Below are positions 19,857-30,159 of a stretch of 64,000 nt of DNA, one piece after another. The stretch is from an uncultured bacterium (GTDB lineage: Bacteria; Bacillota_I; Bacilli_A; RFN20; CAG-826). The notes under the pieces are model-generated. The model did not search any database. It saw only the letters and a list, made by a program, of their open reading frames with translations, and was not told the DNA's origin. The DNA is taken from the NCBI GenBank assembly GCA_949283025.1, contig CASDRB010000005.1, positions 23,588-87,587 of the forward strand. The letters run 5' to 3'. A program made the position numbers and the translations under genes. Within the stretch, counting starts at the first letter, position 1. Each line of letters opens with the position of its first letter.

Positions 19857-20990
19857 TTATACTCTAGATTTGCCTTCCATTAAATGTGCGTTTCTAGGCA
19901 ACATCACATAAATTTTTTGTCCTTTTGGTTTAAAACTAATCCAGCCCAATCCTTTAATACCTATTTCATGTTTATTATCATCAACATCTAAATCGTATTG
20001 ATATAAATCAAAATTTTCGAAAGTCTGTAAACGATCTGAAACAGGACGTAATTCTCTTTTTATTAAATTAGTTTTGATAAACATTTCTAACTTTGATTCG
20101 GATACTTTTTTTAGTTCTATTTGATTAGAAAAATAAGCCTGAATCTCGAAATTATTGTTGGATTTATTTGTGAATGCCGCTAGGCCGCCAACAATTAATG
20201 ATTCATCCTTGCCTAATTTAAATTTTCTAGGTTTAAATGGCTCTTTTGGAATTATATATTTATTCGCCAATTGCTTTTCAACAATGCCTAAAACTGAATC
20301 GTTTAAATTGAATCCTGGCAATTCATATAGATTGCTTGAATTGTCTAGTGGAATTGACAAAATTCTAAGATTGGTTCCCGGATATGTAATTCGTTGAATT
20401 GTGCGTCTAGTCTTATTTTCATAATTCATTAACAATTTATTGATAATTGTTGTCTTTCCACATATTTCCGAACCAATCATATAAACATCGCGCTTATTTC
20501 TTAATTCTTCCATTGAGGCTTTTAATTGATCTATTTTATAACCTTTTGACGCTGAAACAACAATCACATCTTTGGGAGTAATGCCAGAAACTTTAAATCT
20601 TTCCATCACGAAATCTTTAATTGTTTCTTCTTTAACTTTTTCAGGCAATAAATCTCTTTTATTAGCGATAACTAAAACATTTATTTTCTTTAATTTCTTG
20701 ATTAATTCATTTTTAATAACACCATTAAATGCAGTTAAATCGATGACATAAATAACTAATGCATCTGAAGCTACAGCATCTTCCAAGATATGGAAAACAG
20801 ATTCGTTGATTCCTGATACGAGCATTGAAGCATTAATCATTTTTTCTTCATAACATTTTTCGCAATACAAAATGCGATCGCCATGGTATTTAAAAACGTC
20901 TTCACGAATGTATCCGTCTTTGTTCGGGTTGTCACATTGAAGAACTTTTCCGCAACGATTACATCTTAACACTCTTGATAAATTTGCCAT
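19857..20990 (-). CDS. yqeH: ribosome biogenesis GTPase YqeH (circularly permuted GTPase)
   Basis: N-terminal Zn ribbon CNRCGK..CEKC. Permuted G motifs (NKRDLL..GSEICGKTT). Confidence 0.85.
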   Translation of the reverse strand: MANLSRVLRCNRCGKVLQCDNPNKDGYIREDVFKYHGDRILYCEKCYEEKMINASMLVSGINESVFHILEDAVASDALVIYVIDLTAFNGVIKNELIKKLKKINVLVIANKRDLLPEKVKEETIKDFVMERFKVSGITPKDVIVVSASKGYKIDQLKASMEELRNKRDVYMIGSEICGKTTIINKLLMNYENKTRRTIQRITYPGTNLRILSIPLDNSSNLYELPGFNLNDSVLGIVEKQLANKYIIPKEPFKPRKFKLGKDESLIVGGLAAFTNKSNNNFEIQAYFSNQIELKKVSESKLEMFIKTNLIKRELRPVSDRLQTFENFDLYQYDLDVDDNKHEIGIKGLGWISFKPKGQKIYVMLPRNAHLMEGKSRV

Positions 20991-20991
20991 A

Positions 20992-21528
20992 TTAATCCTC
21001 CCATTCTTTAATAAGGTTTTTATTTTTCATTTTAGCCAATAACGGTTTTTCAAATTTTCTTTTAAATCTTGTGTATGGCTGATCGATTTTAGTTAATGGA
21101 TCAACTAATATCGTCATTACTTTAGCACGATTCCCCGCCATGACATCAGTGTAAATTTGATCGCCAATGACCACCACTTGATTTTTATCATACCCTTTTT
21201 CTTTTATCAATTTTTTTATTTTCCAGCCAAATGGCTTTAACATTAGGTGTCTATTTTCAATTTTGAGATGGCGCGCATATATATCAACGCGATCTTTAAA
21301 ATTATTAGAAATAATAATTATTTCTAAACCATTCTTTTTGAATTCTTCAATTTTATTTATTACTTTATCGCTAGGAATAGGTTGACGATAATGATCTAAA
21401 GTGTTATCTAAATCGGTTAAAATCAGTTTTATTCCTTTTTTTATTAGCGATGAAGATTTTAAATCAAATATTGAATGAGCATGATATGTTGGAATTTTAA
21501 TCTTTCGCAATGTTAAGTTCCTCAGCAT
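20992..21528 (-). CDS. yqeG: HAD-superfamily phosphatase YqeG
   Basis: LTDLDNTL motif I and GDQIYTD motif IV. 178 aa. Confidence 0.8.
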   Translation of the reverse strand: MLRNLTLRKIKIPTYHAHSIFDLKSSSLIKKGIKLILTDLDNTLDHYRQPIPSDKVINKIEEFKKNGLEIIIISNNFKDRVDIYARHLKIENRHLMLKPFGWKIKKLIKEKGYDKNQVVVIGDQIYTDVMAGNRAKVMTILVDPLTKIDQPYTRFKRKFEKPLLAKMKNKNLIKEWED

Positions 21529-21573
21529 TATACAAAATTATTATATAATTTAATTATATTTTTTAAAATATCT

Positions 21574-24186
21574 TTAATCTAAATCATCTAGTAAAGAAAT
21601 TTGCTCAATATTAGACGATCTTTCTTCTTTTTCATTATTTGGATCGTTTTCTTCTTGCAATAATGAAGAAGCATCAACTTTTTTTACAATCGGTTGAGAA
21701 ACAATAGATTCATCTACGAGCTCTACTCCTTTTGTAAAAACAAATTTCACCCTTGATTTAGTAAGCATAGCATCAATATTCTTTTTTGCGTATCTATCAA
21801 TATCAGTTAAATGGAAATCATCAATTGTATAATCGATTGGTTCCATTGCATTGTTATATATTACAATATCCATTTTTTCATCTGAAATTGTTGCTTTGTC
21901 AACATAAACCAATTTATGGATATCACTTTTAAAACATCTAAATGCTGTTTGGATTTTGCCTAAGCGCGGCGTTAAAATTCCTTTTGATGTATCAAAAATC
22001 CGCAAACAAGATTTGTCAGTGATTAAAATAATCTTGCTTCGTTCGTTTTCTTGCGAAATAATTAGACCAACTGCTTTTTGGCCACCTTTTAAAGACATTG
22101 ATTTAACACCACTTGCTTTTGTGGATAATGGAATTAGTTCGTTTTCGTTAAACATGGAGAAAAAACCACCATCAGAAAAAACCATTAAATTAGCATTGCC
22201 GGTCGATATTTTTGCAGAAATTAATTCATCACCGTTAGATAATCGCATGCATCGTGTTGGCCTTGACCTAACGGAAGTTTCAAATTCGCTTAAAGGTGTT
22301 CTTTTAATTTGGCCATTTTTAGATAACAAAATTACATACAAGTCATCTCTTAATTTGGAGGCAACAATAACTGAAATAATTTTTTCACTATTATTCATCG
22401 TGATTAATGAATTAATATGAATTCCTTTATCTCTCCACTTGGTATCTTCGAGTTTATAAACAGGAACATATAAATAATTTCCCATATTTGTAAAACAAAT
22501 CAAAAAGTCAGTTGTCCAAGCCGAATCAATAGCAATCAATACATCTCCTTGCTTGACTTCAGGATAAGTCATTTTTTCAACTGTTGAAGTGTATGATTTG
22601 ACTGATGATCTTTTAAAATAGCCATCACGTGTGACAGAAAAATATACTTTATCCTTGCTTATTAAAAATCTTTTATCGATTGGTTTATCATCTATTTTAT
22701 CTTCAAAGGTAGTCTTTCTATCATCACCGTATTTTTTACTGATATTTTTTAAATCCTTGATTATGACGCGATCTAATTTGTTGCGGTCAGACAATATTTC
22801 ATTCAATTCCGATATGTTTTTTTCTAAATCAGTTTTTTCATCAATTAATATTTGTGAATCGGTGTGACTTAATTTATATAATGGCATCATTACGATTGCT
22901 TCTGCTTGTTCATTGCTGAAATTATAAGCTGCCATTAAATTTATTTTAGAATCTGCCTTATCTTTTGATTTTCTTATAATTTCGACAACATCATTTATAT
23001 TTAAGGAAGCGATTAATAATCCTTCTACAATGTGTAATCGAGCCTGATATTTTTTTAAATCAAAAGTGCATCTTCTAGTCACTACATCAACCTGATGAGC
23101 AATGTAAGAATCAATAAAATCAAGTAAAGACAATGTTTTTGGTCTTCCATTGACTATCGCCACCATATTAGCAGTATACGACATCTTTAAATTTGTTTTA
23201 TTTAACAAATAAGATAAAATTAGTTCGCTTGGAGCGTTCTTTTTTATATCAATAACAATTCTAATGCCGGCGGCATCACTTTCATCTCTAACTTCCAATA
23301 TTCCATCAATTGACTTACCGTGAGCAATTTTATCAATTTGATGGACTAAAACATTTTTGGCTAAATGAAAAGGAATTTCAGTGATAACAATTTGCTTAAT
23401 ATTACCAGAATCAATAATTTGACATCTGCTAGCTATTTCTATTCTACCTTTTCCTGTTAAATAAATAGATTTTAAGCCTTCTCCTTTATAAACAATCCCG
23501 CCAGTAGGAAAATCTGGTCCTTGAACTATTTCCATCAAATCTTCTATAGTCGATGTCTTATGCGTCAAACGGTACACAATTGCTTCAACTACTTCTTTTA
23601 AATTATGAGGCGGAATTTCAGTGGCAACACCAACAGCAATTCCATTTGAACCATTACATAATAAGTTTGGAAAGCGCGATGGTAATACAATAGGTTCAAA
23701 ATCAGTATCGTCAAAAGTTAATTGCATATCGACGGTTTTCTTATCAATGTCTTTTAACATCTCGTTAGACAATTCAGCAAGGCGTGATTCGGTATATCGA
23801 TAAGCGGCAGGAGCGTCCCCATCAATACTACCATTATTCCCCTGAAAATCTACTAATGGGTATCTAACTTTCCAATCTTGGCTCATTCTTGCTAATGCTT
23901 CGTAAATTGAAGAATCGCCGTGCGGATGATATTTTCCCATAACCGCACCAACGGTATGAGCACACTTTCGTGTTGGCTTATTTCGAGTATTTCCATCCAT
24001 ATACATGGAAAATAAAATTCTTCTTTGAACTGGTTTAAGTCCATCTCTTACATCTGGAATAGCACGATCTTGTATAACTTGTTTTGCATAGACAGCATAA
24101 CGTCCAGCCATTATTTCTTCTAATGGCTCAATAGAGATATTTTCGATGATAGGTTCTTCAATAATAATTGGTTTTTTCTTAGCCAT
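21574..24186 (-). CDS. parC: DNA topoisomerase IV subunit A (type IIA topoisomerase A subunit)
   Basis: QRRILFSMY..KYHPHGDSSIYEALARMSQDW..RYTESRL, active-site Tyr region. Called ParC rather than GyrA because it follows parE and sits next to plsY/yneF, as in B. subtilis. Confidence 0.75.
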   Translation of the reverse strand: MAKKKPIIIEEPIIENISIEPLEEIMAGRYAVYAKQVIQDRAIPDVRDGLKPVQRRILFSMYMDGNTRNKPTRKCAHTVGAVMGKYHPHGDSSIYEALARMSQDWKVRYPLVDFQGNNGSIDGDAPAAYRYTESRLAELSNEMLKDIDKKTVDMQLTFDDTDFEPIVLPSRFPNLLCNGSNGIAVGVATEIPPHNLKEVVEAIVYRLTHKTSTIEDLMEIVQGPDFPTGGIVYKGEGLKSIYLTGKGRIEIASRCQIIDSGNIKQIVITEIPFHLAKNVLVHQIDKIAHGKSIDGILEVRDESDAAGIRIVIDIKKNAPSELILSYLLNKTNLKMSYTANMVAIVNGRPKTLSLLDFIDSYIAHQVDVVTRRCTFDLKKYQARLHIVEGLLIASLNINDVVEIIRKSKDKADSKINLMAAYNFSNEQAEAIVMMPLYKLSHTDSQILIDEKTDLEKNISELNEILSDRNKLDRVIIKDLKNISKKYGDDRKTTFEDKIDDKPIDKRFLISKDKVYFSVTRDGYFKRSSVKSYTSTVEKMTYPEVKQGDVLIAIDSAWTTDFLICFTNMGNYLYVPVYKLEDTKWRDKGIHINSLITMNNSEKIISVIVASKLRDDLYVILLSKNGQIKRTPLSEFETSVRSRPTRCMRLSNGDELISAKISTGNANLMVFSDGGFFSMFNENELIPLSTKASGVKSMSLKGGQKAVGLIISQENERSKIILITDKSCLRIFDTSKGILTPRLGKIQTAFRCFKSDIHKLVYVDKATISDEKMDIVIYNNAMEPIDYTIDDFHLTDIDRYAKKNIDAMLTKSRVKFVFTKGVELVDESIVSQPIVKKVDASSLLQEENDPNNEKEERSSNIEQISLLDDLD

Positions 24187-24187
24187 T

Positions 24188-26131
24188 TTATTTTACCTCA
24201 TTAATAAATGCGTCAAATTTACCAAAATCGACGTTTTCCTCTATCCATTTTCTTCGGACGGAACTATCTTTTCCCATCAAAATTCCTACCTGTTTTTCAA
24301 CGAAAAGCGCATCTTCAATGCTAACTTTTATTAACTGTCGAGTTTTAATATTCATCGTTGTTGATTTCAATTGCTCTGCATTCATTTCGCCCAAGCCTTT
24401 ATATCTATTAATTTTATAGCCTGGACCAATAATTTTTTTGCTTTTTTCTAAATCTTTGTCGGTCCAAGCATACTGTTCAATTATTTTTCCTGATTTATCT
24501 TCTTTATAAACGCGATATAACGGCGGAACAGCAATATAAATGTGGCCATTTAAAATCAAAGGTCTCATATAATTATAGAAAAAAGTTAATAGCAATGTTT
24601 GAATATGAGCGCCATCATCGTCTGCGTCAGTCATAATAATAATTTTTCCATACTTGATATCTTCGATATCAAATGATTGGCCAAAACCAGCTCCAATCGT
24701 ATTAATTAATGTTGAAAATTCCGTGTTGTCTAAAACTTTTTCCGTGGAAGCAGAATCGGTATTTAAAGGTTTACCACGTAGTGGTAAAATTGCTTGATGT
24801 ATTCTATCTCTTCCCTTTTTAGCTGAACCACCAGCAGAATCACCTTCAACTATGAAAAGCTCATTTTTAGCATATTCTTTGCTTTGTGCAGGTGTCAACT
24901 TATCGCTAAGTAACACTTCTTGCCTAGTTTTTTTTGTAGACCTAGCCTCCTCTTTTGCTTTTCTGGCAGCTTGTCTTGCGTTATATGAATCGATACATTT
25001 TTGAATAATCGACAATGCAATTTCTTTGTTTTCGACTAAATAATAAGAGAATTTTTCATAGACAAAATTAGAAACAGATGATACAGCTTCTGGAGTACCC
25101 AATTTTCCTTTTGTTTGGCCTTCAAACTCTAAAATATCTTCTGGTATTTTTAAAGATATAATTGTTGTCAATCCTTCTCTTATGTCGGATCCTTCTAATT
25201 TTTTTCCTTTTGAAATATTGTTTTTTTCAATAAAATCATTGACCGCTCTGGTTATTCCTGTTCTAAAGCCTGTCTCATGAGTTCCACCATCTCTTGTTCT
25301 AACATTGTTGACATAGGAAAAAATCGTTTCATTGTAGTCAGCAGCACAATATTGCATTGCTATTTCAATAGTTATTTTTCCGACAATATCATAAAAATAA
25401 ATTATGTCAGTAATCGGTTTTTTGTTTTGATTTACTACAGCTATATACTCTTTTAAACCTTCTTCATAATAAAATTCTTGAGTTAAGTTAGAACGTTTAT
25501 CTTCGAGGACGAATCTTACTTTTTTCATTAAAAAAGCCGATTCTTGAAGATGATTATATAAAGTATCCCATTTAAAATCAGTTGTTGAAAAAATGCTGGC
25601 ATCCGGCTTAAAAGTTACTGTAGTTCCAGTTTTATTTGTCGTCCCTATAAATTCTAATGGCGTTTCAATTTTTCCACCGTTATGAAAACGCATATGGGCA
25701 ATTTTGCCTTCGTTATAAACAGTCACATCAAGCCATTCACTCAAAGCATTGGTTACTGAAGCGCCGACGCCATGTAATCCAGCAGCGCTTTTATAGACAG
25801 CATTATTAAATTTTCCGCCAGCATGCAATTCAGTATAAACGAGTTCCAAAGCAGATTTTTTTGTTTGCGATTGAATTCCGGTTGGAATTCCGCGTCCTTC
25901 GTCTTTAACAGTTATCGATCCGTCTTTATTGATAGTAACTGTTATTTTATTTCCATAACCAGATAAAGCTTCGTCAATAGCATTGTCAACAATTTCCCAT
26001 ACTAAATGATGCAAGCCCATCGAATTAGTTGAACCGATATACATGCCTGGTCTTTTTCTTACACCTTCAAGACCTTTTAACACTTCAATATCGTCAGCGG
26101 TATAGTGATTTTTTTTAATTGTCTCTGCCAT
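24188..26131 (-). CDS. parE: DNA topoisomerase IV subunit B (type IIA topoisomerase B subunit)
   Basis: GHKL ATPase (LHHLVWEIVDNAIDE), Toprim (EGDSAGGSA), PLRGK motif. 647 aa. Confidence 0.75.
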   Translation of the reverse strand: MAETIKKNHYTADDIEVLKGLEGVRKRPGMYIGSTNSMGLHHLVWEIVDNAIDEALSGYGNKITVTINKDGSITVKDEGRGIPTGIQSQTKKSALELVYTELHAGGKFNNAVYKSAAGLHGVGASVTNALSEWLDVTVYNEGKIAHMRFHNGGKIETPLEFIGTTNKTGTTVTFKPDASIFSTTDFKWDTLYNHLQESAFLMKKVRFVLEDKRSNLTQEFYYEEGLKEYIAVVNQNKKPITDIIYFYDIVGKITIEIAMQYCAADYNETIFSYVNNVRTRDGGTHETGFRTGITRAVNDFIEKNNISKGKKLEGSDIREGLTTIISLKIPEDILEFEGQTKGKLGTPEAVSSVSNFVYEKFSYYLVENKEIALSIIQKCIDSYNARQAARKAKEEARSTKKTRQEVLLSDKLTPAQSKEYAKNELFIVEGDSAGGSAKKGRDRIHQAILPLRGKPLNTDSASTEKVLDNTEFSTLINTIGAGFGQSFDIEDIKYGKIIIMTDADDDGAHIQTLLLTFFYNYMRPLILNGHIYIAVPPLYRVYKEDKSGKIIEQYAWTDKDLEKSKKIIGPGYKINRYKGLGEMNAEQLKSTTMNIKTRQLIKVSIEDALFVEKQVGILMGKDSSVRRKWIEENVDFGKFDAFINEVK

Positions 26132-26223
26132 ATTTAATAACTTCCATTGAATATTATAAACTTAATTTATTTAAAAATATAATTAAATTTAGTAGAATTA
26201 TTTATGTATATAAGGGGTTAAAA

Positions 26224-26958
26224 ATGGATATTATAGTATATAATATATTGGCGGCATTTTGTTGCTTCATTGTTGGATATTTATTTGGATCATTTCCAAG
26301 CGGAGTTGTTGTTGGAAGGAGTTTTTTTAAACAAGATCCACGAGATTTAGGCTCTAAAAATTCTGGAGGAACTAACGCTTCAAGGCTTTGGGGATTCAAA
26401 TTTGGAATAATCGTTTATATTTTAGACTTTATCAAAGTTGCAGTACCACTATGGGGTGTGTGGGCAATATTAACTTTCGTAAATTTTGGTAGTCAGCCAC
26501 TAATCCCTCAAACAATTTTAATGATTAAGCGAGAAACATCAAACTACATAGTTCAATGGCCTGTTTATTGGTTGGTTATTTTAGGTGCGGTTATCGGACA
26601 TTGCTATCCAGCATTTGCTAAATTTAAAGGTGGTAAAGCTGCTGCTGTAACATTTTCAAGTGCAGTTTTTTCAAGTTGGTTTGTTGGGATTGTTTCAGTA
26701 GCAACTTTTTTCACAACTTTAAAAATTAAAAAATACATTTCTCTGTCTTCGATGCTTGGTTCTATTGCTGCGGCAATCAGCGCTTGGTTAACATGTATTC
26801 CAACTTTTAATTTATATTGTATGTATGGCTACACATTATGTCCTGGTTGGGTATTTGGATTAGTCATGAGTCTATCTTCAATCGTTTTAATTATCAGGCA
26901 TTCTTCAAACATTAAAAGAATAATTAATGGTGACGAAAGAAAGATTAAATGGATGTAA
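26224..26958 (+). CDS. plsY: glycerol-3-phosphate acyltransferase PlsY
   Basis: FGSFPSG..GSKNSGGTNASR motifs, polytopic membrane protein. AAGGGG SD before ATG 26224. The ORF-track start at 26119 is an extension overlapping the parE start. Confidence 0.85.
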   Translation: MDIIVYNILAAFCCFIVGYLFGSFPSGVVVGRSFFKQDPRDLGSKNSGGTNASRLWGFKFGIIVYILDFIKVAVPLWGVWAILTFVNFGSQPLIPQTILMIKRETSNYIVQWPVYWLVILGAVIGHCYPAFAKFKGGKAAAVTFSSAVFSSWFVGIVSVATFFTTLKIKKYISLSSMLGSIAAAISAWLTCIPTFNLYCMYGYTLCPGWVFGLVMSLSSIVLIIRHSSNIKRIINGDERKIKWM

Positions 26959-26959
26959 T

Positions 26960-26989
26960 ATTAGTATTTATCTAGTAGTTTTTTAGTAT
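26960..26989 (+). repeat. intergenic TAGTA-repeat motif copy B (ATTAGTATTTATCTAGTAGTTTTTTAGTAT; three TAGTA units)
   Basis: Starts 2 nt after the plsY stop. Shares the exact 17-mer TAGTAGTTTTTTAGTAT with copy C. Confidence 0.5.
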
Positions 26990-27104
26990 AAATTGCAATT
27001 GTGTAAAACTTTTCCACAATGAAATGATTTTAAAAATTAACTTGTTCTATTCTATGTTTTATATTGACTAAATTTCATTTTTTAAGCCATCGTTAAATTT
27101 AGCA

Positions 27105-27160
27105 ATTAAAAAACCACCCCTACTTGCCATAAAGTGTTTTTCGGAGTGGTTTTTTATTAT
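27105..27160. terminator. bidirectional intrinsic terminator between convergent plsY and yneF
   Basis: AACCACCCC..GGAGTGGTT stem (9 bp, one mismatch) flanked by an A-run on one side and a T-run on the other. Confidence 0.5.
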
Positions 27161-27375
27161 TTTTGTGAATTCACATTCCTCATAATTTCACGGATTTGTT
27201 TCTCGCTACAAGGTCTTCCCATTGAAGCAAACATTGCCCGAATCATCTTTTCATTGATAGGTGGATTTTCTTTAATCTGTTTCATAAACCACCATCTTGC
27301 TATAAAAAATGCAGCGACACCACCGACGATTAATCCGCCGATTCCGGAAACTATTGCAACCCAACTTGCTACCAT
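27157..27375 (-). CDS. yneF: UPF0154/YneF-family small membrane protein
   Basis: 72 aa. TM helix followed by KENPPINEKMIRAMFASMGRP, matching B. subtilis YneF. The overlapping plus-strand ORF 27134..27394 was rejected. Confidence 0.8.
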   Translation of the reverse strand: MVASWVAIVSGIGGLIVGGVAAFFIARWWFMKQIKENPPINEKMIRAMFASMGRPCSEKQIREIMRNVNSQK

Positions 27376-27390
27376 TTTTAAATCCTCTTA

Positions 27391-27948
27391 TTAAGCTCTT
27401 CCGTCATATTCGCCAGTGTCGGTACGAACTAATACGATTTCGCCTTCTTCGATAAACATTGGAACTTTTGTTTTAAAGCCAGTTTCTAATGTAACTTCTT
27501 TCATGGCTTTATTGATTGTGTCGCCTCTTGTTGCTGGATCGCATTCAGTAACTTTTAATGCTACCTTAGCAGGCATATTAACACCAAGAATTTCTGATCC
27601 ATAAGAAACAACTTCAACAATCTCATCACCTTTTAAAAATTGTTTTTCCCAATCTAAACGAGTTTTTGAAATTTCAATTTGGTCAAAAGTGGACTGATCC
27701 ATAAAAACAAGATTTTCGCCATCATCGTAAAGATATTGCATTTGTTTTTTATCAAGGCGAATTGTTTCAATTCCGTATCCGCTATTTCTTGCTATTTCAG
27801 TTACGGCACCTGTTCTTAGATTTTTGATTTTTACTTTTGCGACCATTTTGCGCATCGCTGTTTTATTTAATAAAATGTCTAATACTTTGTAAATATTTCC
27901 ATCTTCTTCGAAATAATTACCTGGTCTTAATTCTGTAACGTTAATCAT
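27391..27948 (-). CDS. efp: translation elongation factor P
   Basis: 185 aa. KPGKG-region equivalent (VELRPGNYFEEDG..), three OB domains. Confidence 0.88.
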   Translation of the reverse strand: MINVTELRPGNYFEEDGNIYKVLDILLNKTAMRKMVAKVKIKNLRTGAVTEIARNSGYGIETIRLDKKQMQYLYDDGENLVFMDQSTFDQIEISKTRLDWEKQFLKGDEIVEVVSYGSEILGVNMPAKVALKVTECDPATRGDTINKAMKEVTLETGFKTKVPMFIEEGEIVLVRTDTGEYDGRA

Positions 27949-28024
27949 ATGTTCTCCTTTCGATTACTTAATAATCATATATAAAAAAGTGTTACATTAC
28001 AATGTAAAAGATTAATTGATTATT

Positions 28025-30133
28025 TTATTCATCTAGTGATGAAATTAATGTGTCTACCGATGCGTCTGATGGCATTCTTAAATCTCCGCGCGGAGAAATA
28101 GAAACTGAACCAACTTTTATTCCATCTGGAAGGCAAGACCTTTTAAATTGATTGGCATAAAAACGTTTCAAAAATATTTTCAACCATTTTTTTATGTCTT
28201 CCGAAGAATATTTTCCTTGATAAGCATATTCTGCTAAATATGCAATTTTTTTTGGTTCAAAATTGCATCTTAAAAAATAATAAATAAAGAAGTCAATTAG
28301 CTCATATGGTCCTATTTTTTCTTCTGTTTTTTGTTGAATTTGACCATTTATTGTTGGCAATAATTCTGGCGAAATAGGCGTATCGATTATATCTTTTAAT
28401 ACATTGCTTGCTTCTGGATGATCTAATGCATATGTATTCACTAATTCAATTACTAATGTTTTTGGAATTGAAGCATTGACGCCATACATTGACATATGAT
28501 CACCGCAATATGTTGTCCATCCTAAACACAATTCGCTCAAATCGCCAGTTCCAACCATTATTCCATTGACATCATTGGCAAAATCCATCAACACTTGCGT
28601 TCTTTCTCGCGCTTGAGAGTTTTCATATGTTGTATTTTTATTTTCTATATCATGACCAATATCTAAAAAATGTTGTTTTGTTGCTTGAGAAATATTTATT
28701 TCTTTAAAACTAACTCCTAAAATTTTTGCTAAAAGCAAAGCATTGTCATGTGTTCTTTGACTAGTTCCAAAGCACGGCAATGTTATTGCATAAACCTTTT
28801 TTAAATCAAATCTTAAAATAGCAAATGCTTCTTTAGCGACTAATAATGCTAATGTTGAATCTAATCCACCGCTTAATCCGACAACCAAACTATCTGCATG
28901 TGCAGATTGAACTCTTTTAACTAAACTCATCGCTTGCATAGTTAAAATTTTTCGATATCGTTTTAAAGCTTCGTCACAATTAGAAATTAGAAATGGGTTT
29001 TGTGAAACGTGGACAGTCAATTTATCAAATGATAAATCGATTGAAAATCCAATACGCTTATAATTGTCATGGTGATTCTCAAATGTCGACATTCTTTTTC
29101 GATCATTAATTACTCGAGGAATATCTAATTCGGTATAAATAAATTCATTTTTAAACAATTGTGATTCTTTTAAAATTCGTCCGTTTCTTGAAATGATATT
29201 ATGAGATGAAAAAACTACATCAGTTGTCGATTCTCCGTTTCCAGCTGAACAATATACATAACCGCAACAAAGACGCGCGGAAGTCATGTTTACTAAATTA
29301 CGACGATAATCGTCTTTACTGACTAGTTCGTTTGACGCCGATAAATTGACAATGACAGATGCGCCATTTAATGCTGCTAAAGTTGATGGTGGATTCGGAA
29401 CCCATAAATCTTCACATATCTCAACTCCAATTACAAATTCAACAAAGTTTTCACATTGGAAAAGCATTTTGGTTCCAAAAGGATATAAATTATTATTTAT
29501 AGCTATATATCCACTTTCATTTAATCCAGATGTAAATTGCCTACTTTCATAAAATTCATTATAGTTAGCGATGTATGATTTTGGAACAACTCCTAAAATC
29601 TCTCCTTTACAAATCGCAATTGCACAATTATAAAGTGAATTATCTTTAATTAAAGGTGCGCCAATAAAAAATAATATTTCTTTATTTTTTGAATATTTTT
29701 TCAATTCATCAATGCCATCCATGGTCTTTTTTAAAATAGCGCTTTGCAAAAACAAATCACGACATGTGTAACCAGTTAATGTTAATTCTGGAAAAACAAG
29801 AACTCGAACTTGTTTATCGATAGCAAGATCAATATATTTTTTGATGCTGTCAACATTCTTTTTTACATCGCTAATAGATGTTTGAATGGTTGCGCAACCG
29901 ACTCTTACAAATCCAAATTGATGGCTTTGTTTTTTTATATTAAATATATCTTTATTAGATATGTCAGTTGGTTGGTGACAAAACGATGATAATTTGCTAT
30001 AGCATTTATCTGACATAACTACCAAATCAGAGTAGCCGTTGCGCGTAATAAAAATAGGTTCATCGTCACGATGACACTCTTTTGAAATAGCATTAGTATT
30101 TCTTAAATCTTTTATAGGTTTAATTTTTGGCAT
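28025..30133 (-). CDS. nadE: glutamine-dependent NAD+ synthetase with N-terminal Phd/YefM antitoxin-like domain
   Basis: CN-hydrolase domain (VLVFPELTLTGY) plus NAD-synthase PP-loop (VVGLSGGLDSTL). Residues 1-50 resemble YefM (EPIFITRNGYSDLVVMSDKCYSKL vs [24 protein letters not shown]). Confidence 0.85.
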   Translation of the reverse strand: MPKIKPIKDLRNTNAISKECHRDDEPIFITRNGYSDLVVMSDKCYSKLSSFCHQPTDISNKDIFNIKKQSHQFGFVRVGCATIQTSISDVKKNVDSIKKYIDLAIDKQVRVLVFPELTLTGYTCRDLFLQSAILKKTMDGIDELKKYSKNKEILFFIGAPLIKDNSLYNCAIAICKGEILGVVPKSYIANYNEFYESRQFTSGLNESGYIAINNNLYPFGTKMLFQCENFVEFVIGVEICEDLWVPNPPSTLAALNGASVIVNLSASNELVSKDDYRRNLVNMTSARLCCGYVYCSAGNGESTTDVVFSSHNIISRNGRILKESQLFKNEFIYTELDIPRVINDRKRMSTFENHHDNYKRIGFSIDLSFDKLTVHVSQNPFLISNCDEALKRYRKILTMQAMSLVKRVQSAHADSLVVGLSGGLDSTLALLVAKEAFAILRFDLKKVYAITLPCFGTSQRTHDNALLLAKILGVSFKEINISQATKQHFLDIGHDIENKNTTYENSQARERTQVLMDFANDVNGIMVGTGDLSELCLGWTTYCGDHMSMYGVNASIPKTLVIELVNTYALDHPEASNVLKDIIDTPISPELLPTINGQIQQKTEEKIGPYELIDFFIYYFLRCNFEPKKIAYLAEYAYQGKYSSEDIKKWLKIFLKRFYANQFKRSCLPDGIKVGSVSISPRGDLRMPSDASVDTLISSLDE

Positions 30134-30159
30134 AATATAACCCTCTATACATTTTTATA

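Noticed and set aside
26119-26223. ORF-track N-terminal extension of plsY
   Set aside because: Overlaps the divergent parE start. PlsY homology and the SD begin at ATG 26224.
27134-27394. 86-aa plus-strand ORF
   Set aside because: Antisense to yneF, whose product matches the conserved UPF0154 family.
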